64,000 bases of DNA from positions 3,387 to 67,386 of the forward strand of contig CANQFJ010000005.1 of assembly GCA_947598485.1 (NCBI GenBank), written 5' to 3'. The notes under the pieces were generated by a model. That model ran no database searches and was not told the DNA's origin. It worked only from the letters and a program-made list of their open reading frames with translations. This document shows, piece after piece, positions 1 through 7,378 of this stretch (its first letter is position 1; the number at the start of each line of letters is the position of its first letter). Origin of the DNA: an uncultured Bacilli bacterium. GTDB taxonomy: Bacteria; Bacillota_I; Bacilli_A; RF39; UBA660. The position numbers were made by a program, and so were the translations under genes.

Positions 1-720
1 GGCATTGTTTCTTTATTAGGTTTTAAAGAGTTATTAGATTTAAAAAAGACGCATCATAAAATACCTTTTTGTATGTGCGTTTTAGCAATTCTCTGTTTAA
101 TGCTTATTGTGTTTTCTAATTTTAATGGAGGATCACTTACACAAGGAATAACGTATAAAGCCCTAATATTTACTGTATTTGGTTTACTAACACCCATTAT
201 TATTTATAAAAAAGACCGATATACAGCTCAAGATGCTTTCTTTTTAATAGGAGCGGTTTTATTTCTAGGCTTAGGATTTAGTTCGTTTATTTTGGTTAGA
301 GCAAGATCGGGAGGAAGAGGAGAATTAGGATTATTTATTTATCTTATTCTTATCCCAATTATAACTGATACGTTTGCTTATGTATTAGGAACTCTTTTAG
401 GTAAACATAAAATGGCTCCGATTATTAGTCCCCATAAAAGTTGGGAAGGCTTTGCCTGTGGCTTAATAGCGGGTACCATTATTCCTTCACTTTACTATTT
501 CCTTGCTTTAGATGATTTTACATGGAAAATTATTATTTTAACTGCTATACTATCTTTTGTAGGGCAAATAGGAGATTTAATATTTAGTAAAATAAAAAGA
601 GAAAATGACATTAAGGATTATTCAAAATTGATTCCTGGCCATGGTGGTATTCTTGATCGTTTTGATAGTATGCTTGTTATTTTTGTGACATTTATTTTCT
701 TATCATCAATATTATATTAA
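1..720 (+). CDS. cdsA: phosphatidate cytidylyltransferase (CDP-diglyceride synthase), 5-prime end outside window
   Basis: Frame 1 is open from nt 1, with no stop before the first ATG at 73. Multi-TM protein ending in the CdsA signature SKIKRENDIKDYSKLIPGHGGILDRFDS. Confidence 0.85.
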   Translation, partial: GIVSLLGFKELLDLKKTHHKIPFCMCVLAILCLMLIVFSNFNGGSLTQGITYKALIFTVFGLLTPIIIYKKDRYTAQDAFFLIGAVLFLGLGFSSFILVRARSGGRGELGLFIYLILIPIITDTFAYVLGTLLGKHKMAPIISPHKSWEGFACGLIAGTIIPSLYYFLALDDFTWKIIILTAILSFVGQIGDLIFSKIKRENDIKDYSKLIPGHGGILDRFDSMLVIFVTFIFLSSILY

Positions 721-736
721 AAGGAGATTATTTTAA

Positions 737-1843
737 ATGACATTTATTACTTCAGCAGTTTTATTTATTCTTAAGTTGTTACTATTATTATTTGTATTAG
801 GATTAATTATATTAGTCCATGAATTTGGCCATTTTATGTGGGCCAAAAAATTTAAAGTATATATTTATGAGTTCTCAATAGGTATGGGACCTGTTGCTTT
901 TTCTTGGAAAGGTAAAAAAGATAAAATAACTTATAATATAAGATGGATACCTATTGGTGGTTTTGTTTCTATGGCTGGCGAAGTTTATGACGATGATGAT
1001 AAAATTCCTAAGAAGCAACTACTTTGCAATAAACCGTGGTATCAAAGACTAATTATAATGGTAGCAGGAGTTATGAATAACTTCCTTTTAGCTATTGTAG
1101 GTCTGATTGTTATTGCCTTTATTTGGGGTGGTGATCCCATTAAGCCAGTGATTGATAAAGTTTATCAAAATTCACCTGCAGCTGAAGCTCATTTAGAGTC
1201 CGGAGACGTTATTACTTCTATTAATGGTTATCAAGTTTCTAACTGGGATAAAGCGCGGGTTATCATGGTATATAAAAGCAAAAATGATTACACAACATTT
1301 ACCATTAAGCATCAAAATGGCAAAAGTGAAAAAGTAAAAATTACACCAGGAGAATTTACCGATGAAGATACTGGCGAAAAACTAAATGGTTATGGTATTT
1401 CGATGTCTAAAGAAGATACTTCAGGCTTTTTTAAGCCCATTCTTTATGGCTTTAGACGATTTGGCACAATAATTGATTCATTTGCTTATACCATCTGGGG
1501 ACTAATAAGCGGAAAAATTGGCTTTAATAACTTATCAGGCCCAGTGGGAATGTATAGTATGGTTGGCTCTGCTTTTGAATATTCTGCTGTATCGGAAGCT
1601 ATTTGGTATATTATATTTTTAATTGCCTATTTATCAATTAATGTTGGCTTTATTAATATTTTGCCATTCCCAGCTTTTGATGGAGGTCACGTATTATTTC
1701 TTTTAATCGAAGCTATTTTCCGGCGAAAAGTAGATGCTAAAATTGAAAATATTTGTCATATGATAGGCTTTGTCTTAATATTCCTTCTTATGATAGCGGT
1801 TACTTTTAATGATATAGCTCGAATAATAGGTAAATTGTTCTAG
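737..1843 (+). CDS. rseP: RIP site-2 zinc metalloprotease (M50 family, RseP/YluC-like) with PDZ domain
   Basis: HEFGHF (HExxH) in the first TM helix, central PDZ-like segment, C-terminal NILPFPAFDGGH motif. RBS AAGGAG lies upstream. Conserved position after cdsA. Confidence 0.85.
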   Translation: MTFITSAVLFILKLLLLLFVLGLIILVHEFGHFMWAKKFKVYIYEFSIGMGPVAFSWKGKKDKITYNIRWIPIGGFVSMAGEVYDDDDKIPKKQLLCNKPWYQRLIIMVAGVMNNFLLAIVGLIVIAFIWGGDPIKPVIDKVYQNSPAAEAHLESGDVITSINGYQVSNWDKARVIMVYKSKNDYTTFTIKHQNGKSEKVKITPGEFTDEDTGEKLNGYGISMSKEDTSGFFKPILYGFRRFGTIIDSFAYTIWGLISGKIGFNNLSGPVGMYSMVGSAFEYSAVSEAIWYIIFLIAYLSINVGFINILPFPAFDGGHVLFLLIEAIFRRKVDAKIENICHMIGFVLIFLLMIAVTFNDIARIIGKLF

Positions 1844-1860
1844 TTTGCTTATTTCTTTTT

Positions 1861-1937
1861 GTCCTCGTAGCTCAGTTGGATAGAGTGAATGCCTCCGACG
1901 CATTAGGTCAAGGGTTCGACTCCCTTCGGGGACGCCA
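1861..1937 (+). tRNA. tRNA-Arg (anticodon CCG), CCA encoded
   Basis: Hand-folded cloverleaf: acceptor GTCCTCG/CGGGGAC (one T-G wobble), D arm GCTC-AGTTGGATA-GAGT, anticodon stem AATGC/GCATT, loop CTCCGAC (U33, CCG, A37), T arm AAGGG-TTCGACT-CCCTT, discriminator G, CCA. Confidence 0.85.
1921..1928 (+). repeat. attL core candidate (TCCCTTCG, inside the tRNA T-stem/acceptor)
   Basis: This is the only block identical between the tRNA 3-prime end and the right-end remnant at 39847-39854. Sequences diverge on both sides. Confidence 0.5.
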
Positions 1938-1948
1938 ATATTGCTTTT

Positions 1949-1975
1949 ATCTCCCTAAAATAGGGGATTTTTTAT
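1949..1975 (+). terminator. rho-independent terminator after tRNA-Arg
   Basis: Hairpin ATCTCCCTA-AAA-TAGGGGAT followed by a T-run. Confidence 0.6.
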
Positions 1976-1986
1976 TAGCTAGATAG

Positions 1987-2016
1987 TTTCAAACACACTT
2001 CTAAACACACTTTTTT
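1987..2016 (+). repeat. 30-bp direct repeat TTTCAAACACACTTCTAAACACACTTTTTT (two AAACACACT 9-mers), candidate integrase arm-type site
   Basis: Near-identical 29-bp copy at 39731-39759 in the same orientation. Overlaps the integrase stop codon. Confidence 0.55.
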
Positions 2017-3112
2017 ATAATCTGTTTAATAAATTAGTAACATTATCAAGTTCATTTTTAAACATATGAGTATATGTATTTAAGGTAATAGATATATTGC
2101 TATGGCCTAAATATTTACTAACTAAAGCAATAGTTGCACCTTTATTGATTAAGAGTGATGCACAACTATGTCTAAAATCATGTACTCTTATTCTTTTTAA
2201 ATTTGCATTATCACAATAATTATTTTTTCTTTTTTGAATTGTCGTTTCTTTAAAAGGTTCTGTATTACCAAAAACAAACCAATTGTCAGAATAATCTTTA
2301 TAGCTTATAGCCTTTTTATACATTGTTTTTAAGTCATCGACAACTTTTTTTGTCATAGGCAGTATTCTATTACTTTCTTTAGTTTTTGGACTTGAAATAG
2401 TCCATTTTTCACCCTTAATCTTTGTAGTTAAGGTTTTATTAATATTTATTTCATTGTTTTCAAAATCAATGTCATTCCAGGTTAAGGCTTGAGCCTCTCC
2501 TTGCCGTAACCCATTAAAATAAAGTATTTCAAAAAAAGTATGGTAATCATGGTCTTTAATTACTGCATCAAATTTTAAATATTCTTCATATGTAAAAAAT
2601 AACATTTCTTTTTTTCTCTCGTTAGTATTTTTAAATGGTTCAATATATGTCAATAAAGCTTTACTAGTATTATAGTATTTATTGGAATAAATTATAATTT
2701 GTTTTAGTAATCCTAGAATTTTATTATTATAATCTGTAGTAAAGTTTAAATTTTCAATATAAGTAAGCAACTTTTTATAATCCGCCAGATTTAATTCGTT
2801 TATTTTTTTATTTTTAATAGAAGATAAATGGCCATATAAATAACCATTTTTTATAATAGTTTGCTTTTTGTAAGTTTTAGATTTTGCAAGTGATAATTCT
2901 TGGTATACCTGATCTATCGTAATATTAGCTGTACAAATATCAGAATTAGCAATTTTTATTCTATATCGAGCTTCTTCGCTTGTTGCTTCTTTTAATGTTT
3001 TAAATTTTTGCGATGTATAGTCATGTAATTCTCCAAAAATATCTTTATACTTTATTCTAAAAAAATATTGTCTACCATCTTTTGTAGAAATTTTACTTTT
3101 ATAAACCGCCAT
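2015..3112 (-). CDS. int: tyrosine recombinase / phage integrase
   Basis: 365 aa. C-terminal catalytic region with HDFRHSCASLLI and LGHSNISITLNTYTH (R..HxxR..Y pattern). N-terminal SAM-like/arm-binding region. Adjacent to the tRNA. Confidence 0.9.
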   Translation of the reverse strand: MAVYKSKISTKDGRQYFFRIKYKDIFGELHDYTSQKFKTLKEATSEEARYRIKIANSDICTANITIDQVYQELSLAKSKTYKKQTIIKNGYLYGHLSSIKNKKINELNLADYKKLLTYIENLNFTTDYNNKILGLLKQIIIYSNKYYNTSKALLTYIEPFKNTNERKKEMLFFTYEEYLKFDAVIKDHDYHTFFEILYFNGLRQGEAQALTWNDIDFENNEININKTLTTKIKGEKWTISSPKTKESNRILPMTKKVVDDLKTMYKKAISYKDYSDNWFVFGNTEPFKETTIQKRKNNYCDNANLKRIRVHDFRHSCASLLINKGATIALVSKYLGHSNISITLNTYTHMFKNELDNVTNLLNRL

Positions 3113-3178
3113 AAAATCATCCCTTTCTATTTGATTTTGGGATAATCTATGCTAAAATAATACATGGAAAATCCCATT

Positions 3179-3193
3179 TAGTCGTGTGGTTTT
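3179..3193 (-). repeat. inverted copy of the AAAACCACACGACTA motif, upstream of int
   Basis: The reverse complement of 3179-3193 reads AAAACCACACGACTA, identical to the first 15 nt of the repeats at 5220-5243 and 5960-5983. Confidence 0.6.
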
Positions 3194-3284
3194 CTATTTT
3201 CCCTTACTTGTTCGAGCGAGTAAGGGATTTTTTATTTTAATAAAAATTTTATATATCTATCTGCTTCATCTTCATAATATTGAA

Positions 3285-3587
3285 TTACTTACTATTTTTA
3301 CTTTGCTTATTTATTGAAAGTTTGATTATTATGTAAGCTATTATAATCATAGGTATATTTAATATGATTTGTAACAATATATAATTTTTTATGAATAATG
3401 ATAAAAATGCACAAAATAATATTAAATAAAAGTAAATAACTAAGCCAATTGCAAAAATAAAAATTATAAAAAAATAAAATGTTGAAAAACTAAAATCAAT
3501 TTCTTTTTTAATTGTTATTATAAATGGTATAAGATAAAGCGCTGTATATATAATTGTATAATATAATATTAATTTATCTTGTGTCAT
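3285..3587 (-). CDS. small 3-TM membrane protein co-transcribed with the repressor (candidate superinfection exclusion)
   Basis: 100 aa, three hydrophobic helices and a basic tail. The start overlaps the repressor stop by 4 nt. It lies between int and cI. Confidence 0.5.
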   Translation of the reverse strand: MTQDKLILYYTIIYTALYLIPFIITIKKEIDFSFSTFYFFIIFIFAIGLVIYFYLILFCAFLSLFIKNYILLQIILNIPMIIIAYIIIKLSINKQSKNSK

Positions 3588-4240
3588 AATTTTGTCCTTT
3601 TTTCTCTAGCAATTCCAATAATTTTAACAGGTAAATTAGATATTTGTTCTTTATTATAAAAGGTAGGCAAAAAATTATCTTGATTATTTAAATTTAAAGG
3701 TACTAACGTTATACCAGATTCACTAATTGTTACATTTTTAAAAGTAGCATCAAAACCATTTACCATAACAGCACAATCTTTATTGTTAGCGATTGTATAA
3801 TCGTTTGTTTGCTCGAAAATTACTGTATCGCCTTCGCTATATTTTGGGTACATACTATCTCCACTAATTTTTAAACCGTAGAATTTTTTATTACCTTTAG
3901 TCCATTCTTTCGGAATATCAACATATTCTAATATGTCTTGTTGTGCCTCAATAGCTATTCCGGCTTTAATTGTTCCTAGTACAGGTATTTGTATAGTGTC
4001 TGATGTAGTAGGTATACTTATTGCATTGTCATAAATAATAGAAGAACCTATTAATTTTTCCAATGAAACACCAAAAAAATTTGCTATTTTTATAACATCG
4101 GTCATAATCGGACTTCTTTGGCCTAATTCCCACTTTCCTATGGTAGAGTAATCTTTTCCTAATTTTTCGGCTAGCTCTTGCTGAGTTAATTTTTTTTGCA
4201 ATCTTAATTGTTTAAGATTAAAAGCAAAATTATTTTCCAT
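3584..4240 (-). CDS. CI-like repressor: XRE HTH plus LexA/S24 autopeptidase domain
   Basis: N-terminal HTH LTQQELAEKLGKDYSTIGKWELGQRSP and C-terminal GDSMYPKY S24 motif. The preferred start is the ATG at 4240, preceded by GGAGGGG. The track ORF extends to 4288. Confidence 0.85.
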   Translation of the reverse strand: MENNFAFNLKQLRLQKKLTQQELAEKLGKDYSTIGKWELGQRSPIMTDVIKIANFFGVSLEKLIGSSIIYDNAISIPTTSDTIQIPVLGTIKAGIAIEAQQDILEYVDIPKEWTKGNKKFYGLKISGDSMYPKYSEGDTVIFEQTNDYTIANNKDCAVMVNGFDATFKNVTISESGITLVPLNLNNQDNFLPTFYNKEQISNLPVKIIGIAREKRTKL

Positions 4241-4275
4241 TTCCCCTCCTTTTGATAGTATTATACCCTTTAATT

Positions 4276-4346
4276 GACAAATTATCAATAAAAATAAGAC
4301 AAATTGTCAAAAAACAGTTGACGCAAGACAAATTGTCTTATATAAT
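4276..4346. promoter_or_regulatory. genetic switch: three operators plus divergent promoters
   Basis: Operators: O1 GACAAATTATC at 4276-4286, O2 GACAAATTGTC at 4298-4308, O3 GACAAATTGTC at 4327-4337 (O2 and O3 are perfect palindromes). Plus-strand promoter: TTGACG at 4318-4323, 17-nt spacer, TATAAT at 4341-4346. The minus strand carries TTGACA and GATAAT overlapping O2 and O1. Confidence 0.65.
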
Positions 4347-4366
4347 GGAGACAGATAGGAGGAAAA

Positions 4367-4612
4367 ATGAATACGAATAAAGTTATTAAGAGTATTAGAG
4401 GGCAAAGATTATTAACACAAGATAATATAGCTGAAAAGCTCGGTGTTTCTCGGCAAGTTTACAATAGCTATGAAAATGATTTATTGCATTGTGATTTAGA
4501 CTTAATAATGAAAATTTTAAATGTTTTACAAGCTGATTCAAGTGAAATTGATAGCTTTTTAAATGCTCTTAAACAAGACTATCTGTCTTATAATTTAATT
4601 GAAAAAACATAA
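4367..4612 (+). CDS. Cro-like XRE-family HTH regulator
   Basis: 81 aa with HTH LTQDNIAEKLGVSRQVYNSYEN, RBS AGGAGG, divergent from the repressor. Confidence 0.7.
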   Translation: MNTNKVIKSIRGQRLLTQDNIAEKLGVSRQVYNSYENDLLHCDLDLIMKILNVLQADSSEIDSFLNALKQDYLSYNLIEKT

Positions 4613-4649
4613 ATTTTTTTAACAAGTGATTCTTAAAAAAGGAGAAAAA

Positions 4650-4808
4650 ATGGAAAAGAAAGAACCAACAAATATAGATATATTTCAGTGTATTTTAGAA
4701 TTAAGTAAGAGATTATTTGATCAAAAAAAAATAACTATATGGTTGATAGTTATTTCGATAATAAATTTACTTTTATGCTTAATACAAATGATATTGATTG
4801 TAGTGTAA
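4650..4808 (+). CDS. small membrane peptide (52 aa)
   Basis: ATG at 4650 preceded by AAGGAG. One C-terminal TM helix (IWLIVISIINLLLCLIQMILIVV). Confidence 0.35.
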   Translation: MEKKEPTNIDIFQCILELSKRLFDQKKITIWLIVISIINLLLCLIQMILIVV

Positions 4809-4817
4809 GGAGAAAAA

Positions 4818-4955
4818 ATGGAAAAAATTAGAACGCTTATATTAACCATCTTAAGTGAGTTTGAGGTTTCATATGAAACTTGGTTAATGTTAAAAGACCA
4901 AATTGATATTAGATATAAAAGTGAAAGCTTAAAAACTAAAATAACGAAAGATTAG
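4818..4955 (+). CDS. hypothetical 45-aa protein (below track cutoff)
   Basis: Hand translation: MEKIRTLILTILSEFEVSYETWLMLKDQIDIRYKSESLKTKITKD. It has the same 19-nt AAGGAGAAAAAATGGAAAA start context as the preceding ORF. Confidence 0.3.
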   Translation: MEKIRTLILTILSEFEVSYETWLMLKDQIDIRYKSESLKTKITKD

Positions 4956-5227
4956 AAAATCTTATCGTTATTAAATTCAACGTCTAATTCTGGGATATAT
5001 TGAATGAAAATTGAATTAATATAATATTTCTTACCATTATGAATTATTTCAACAAATTTAGGAGTAGGAAATAATTCTGGGGAAGCAATATTGTAATTCA
5101 TACCATCAATTGTATCTTTATCTTCTAATGTTATCCAAGAGCCGTTGATATGAGCAATAACTTTTATGTTAGTCACCTCCTGATAAAAATTATAAGTTAG
5201 TAGGTAATAATTATCAATTAAAACCAC
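4952..5227 (-). CDS. hypothetical protein, the only minus-strand gene inside the early rightward block
   Basis: 91-aa ORF with a GTG start lying inside the 5221-5243 repeat. No family recognised. Confidence 0.35.
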   Translation of the reverse strand: MVLIDNYYLLTYNFYQEVTNIKVIAHINGSWITLEDKDTIDGMNYNIASPELFPTPKFVEIIHNGKKYYINSIFIQYIPELDVEFNNDKIF

Positions 5228-5243
5228 ACGACTAGAAAGGAGA
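5221..5243 (+). repeat. 23-bp perfect direct repeat AAACCACACGACTAGAAAGGAGA (copy 1)
   Basis: Identical 23-mer at 5961-5983. This copy has no start codon at SD distance. Confidence 0.8.
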
Positions 5244-5286
5244 AGAACAAACTAATCAATCATCAAATGATAGTTAAGGAGAGAAT

Positions 5287-5481
5287 ATGATATCTAATTA
5301 TTTAAAAGAGTACTTTAAAGAAAATGATATTAGCCAATATGAAGTGGAAAGAAGAACAGGAATTAGTCAAAGCAAAATTAATTTATCATTAAATGGCAAA
5401 AGAAAACTTACGGCTGATGAATTAATAAAAATAGCACTAGTATTTGACATAGATTTAAACAAAATAAAAGAAATCATTTAG
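5287..5481 (+). CDS. XRE-family HTH protein (64 aa)
   Basis: HTH ISQYEVERRTGISQSKINLSLNGKR with RBS AAGGAGAG. Confidence 0.65.
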   Translation: MISNYLKEYFKENDISQYEVERRTGISQSKINLSLNGKRKLTADELIKIALVFDIDLNKIKEII

Positions 5482-5960
5482 TCGCTAAACTTACAATGAT
5501 TTCTAATGAGCAATTCACGGAAGGAAACTATCCTAGTAAAATAGTAACCTTACGGTTTAATACTGAATTTATTGCAGATGTTGTTCCGTTACCAGCAATT
5601 TTTTGTAACACGATAATTGTAAACGCGGTCATTGCTTTAATTTACGTGAGGCAATGTACTCACCCATATTTTTACAAGTTTTGCTTCTTAGTTTTGGATT
5701 TTGGCATCCCTACCGTATTACTAGTACGGTAGTTGCAATAACTTAACATTTACGAGTTTTCTCTCTTGTAAGTTAATAAACTTGCCCCATAGCTGTTAAG
5801 ACTTAATCCATCATTAATTAATCTCATTATTAATTAACTTGTTAAGCATTCAGGCAGGGCAAGCGTAAAAATTCTGCTAATTTTAACAATTGGCATCATC
5901 TCCATTTCTTGCCACTAGGGCACTTAAAGTATATCAATTAATAATTAGAAAATCAAATCA

Positions 5961-5983
5961 AAACCACACGACTAGAAAGGAGA
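5961..5983 (+). repeat. 23-bp perfect direct repeat AAACCACACGACTAGAAAGGAGA (copy 2), supplies the SD of the next gene
   Basis: Identical to 5221-5243. The AGGAGA lies 7 nt before the TTG start at 5991. Confidence 0.8.
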
Positions 5984-5990
5984 ATTAATT

Positions 5991-6197
5991 TTGTCAAAAA
6001 CAAAAGAAGAAATATTAAATCAACTTTATATATCATCGAAAGATTTAAAAATATTGATCCCAACATATGGAATTGATAAATGCAGAACCATTATAAAGGA
6101 AGTAAGAGATGAAATGCATGAAAAAAAATATTATGTTCCAATATCAAAGCCTAAATTGGCTTTAACAAGATTAGTTAGAAAAAAACTTGGAATATAG
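5991..6197 (+). CDS. small DNA-binding-like protein resembling DUF3173 proteins found next to integrases (possible excisionase/RDF)
   Basis: 68 aa, TTG start. The pattern SKDLKILIP.YGIDKCRTIIKEVRDEM..KKYYVP....LALTRLVRKKLGI recalls, from memory, the DUF3173 consensus of streptococcal ICEs. Confidence 0.4.
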   Translation: MSKTKEEILNQLYISSKDLKILIPTYGIDKCRTIIKEVRDEMHEKKYYVPISKPKLALTRLVRKKLGI

Positions 6198-6211
6198 GAA
6201 AGGAAATAATT

Positions 6212-6409
6212 ATGAAAAAGATAAACAAGACTAATTTAATTTATGTAGCAGCTATATTATATGGCTCTTTAGTAACTATAGGTAATGCTTTAGTATCCAT
6301 GGCTAACAATATGTATACCATATCAGATTTAGCAATAGATATGCTTTATTTTGTCGGTGTATATATGTTTATTGAAGTTCTACATATGGACACAAAAAAA
6401 GAGAATTAA
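6212..6409 (+). CDS. small 2-TM membrane protein
   Basis: 65 aa with RBS GGAAAGGAA and two hydrophobic helices. Confidence 0.4.
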   Translation: MKKINKTNLIYVAAILYGSLVTIGNALVSMANNMYTISDLAIDMLYFVGVYMFIEVLHMDTKKEN

Positions 6410-6509
6410 TACCACAAAAAAATCAATTCTCTAGAAATAATTATAAACATTTTTAGAGAAAAAATCAAATATTAGGGGGTAGCTTTAGACACTAGAAGAA
6501 AGGAAATAA

Positions 6510-7157
6510 ATGAATAGCTTTACGATTTATGTAGAATATATGGATTTAATAACATTACTGCCTAAAAAAAGAGACCAGGAAGAACTGCTATTCGCTATTT
6601 GCAAATATATGCTTTATGGCGAAGAGCCAAATCTAAATGATGATCAAATGAAAATCTTTAAGAATCTAAAAAGGCCATTAGATAAGAGTAAAAACAAAAG
6701 CAAATTGAAATCAAAACAAAACCAAAATGAAATCAAATCGAAATCAAATGAAAATCAAAACAACAACAACTTCGAAACACATCAAGATGTAGATGTAGAT
6801 GTTAATGTATATGTTAATAATAATTTATTTAATTATATACAAAAAGAATTAAATAGAACTTTATCTAGTAGTGAAATAGAACTTATTAATACCTGGGAAG
6901 ACAATGATATTACAAGACATGCAATAAAAGAAACTGCATTAGCAAGAGCAACAAGTCTAAAGTATACCGAAAGAATTTTAGAAACTTATAAGTCAAAAGG
7001 TTTAAAAACTTTAGCAGAAATTGAAAGGTATGAAAAAGATTTTCGAGAAAAGAAAAGTAATAAAAAGCCAACTTGGTTTGACAAAGACATAAAAGAAGAA
7101 TCTGCTTCAAATGAAGAACAAGAAGAACTCAATGAGTTATTAAGGGAGTTTAAATGA
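6510..7157 (+). CDS. DnaD-domain replisome organiser / replication initiation protein
   Basis: C-terminal segment LSSSEIELINTWEDNDITRHAIKETALARATSLKYTERILETYKSKG is typical of DnaD/phage replisome organiser domains. A central K/N/S low-complexity linker is encoded by iteron-like DNA. Confidence 0.65.
   Translation: MNSFTIYVEYMDLITLLPKKRDQEELLFAICKYMLYGEEPNLNDDQMKIFKNLKRPLDKSKNKSKLKSKQNQNEIKSKSNENQNNNNFETHQDVDVDVNVYVNNNLFNYIQKELNRTLSSSEIELINTWEDNDITRHAIKETALARATSLKYTERILETYKSKGLKTLAEIERYEKDFREKKSNKKPTWFDKDIKEESASNEEQEELNELLREFK
6707..6759 (+). repeat. iteron-like cluster: GAAATCAAA x3 plus GAAAATCAAA
   Basis: Copies at 6707, 6729, 6740 and 6750, followed by GATGTA-type repeats (6785-6815) and an AT-rich stretch. 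Confidence 0.5.
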
Positions 7158-7378
7158 AAACACAAAGAGAGGTAGTATTAGATCATTTGATTAAATTTGG
7201 CAATATATCAACTATCGAGTGTTACGATAAATACAAAATAACGGACTTGCAACATGCAATTATGGAACTTAGAAAAGCAGGATATTTAATAATCGATAAA
7301 TGGGAAAAACCAAAGAATACAAATGGCTACTCAAGAAAATATAAAAGATATTTTTTAGGAAGGAAATATGAAGAATAG
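7154..7378 (+). CDS. small winged-helix-like protein
   Basis: 74 aa. The start overlaps the previous stop (ATGA). Basic C-terminus. Confidence 0.4.
   Translation: MKTQREVVLDHLIKFGNISTIECYDKYKITDLQHAIMELRKAGYLIIDKWEKPKNTNGYSRKYKRYFLGRKYEE

Noticed and set aside
3200-3230. Hairpin CCCTTACT...AGTAAGGG followed by a T-run between the membrane-protein gene and int, considered as the terminator of the cI operon.
   Set aside because: The T-run is on the plus strand, while the flanking genes are on the minus strand. On the minus strand the stem is followed by GAAAATAG, so it cannot be called a canonical terminator for the cI operon. It may instead stop read-through from the tRNA side.
5496-5732. 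78-aa ORF in the track.
   Set aside because: It has no SD upstream. Its composition is atypical (Cys/Phe/Val-rich, no K/E bias like neighbouring genes), and it lies in the GC-richer structured island. It is more likely non-coding.
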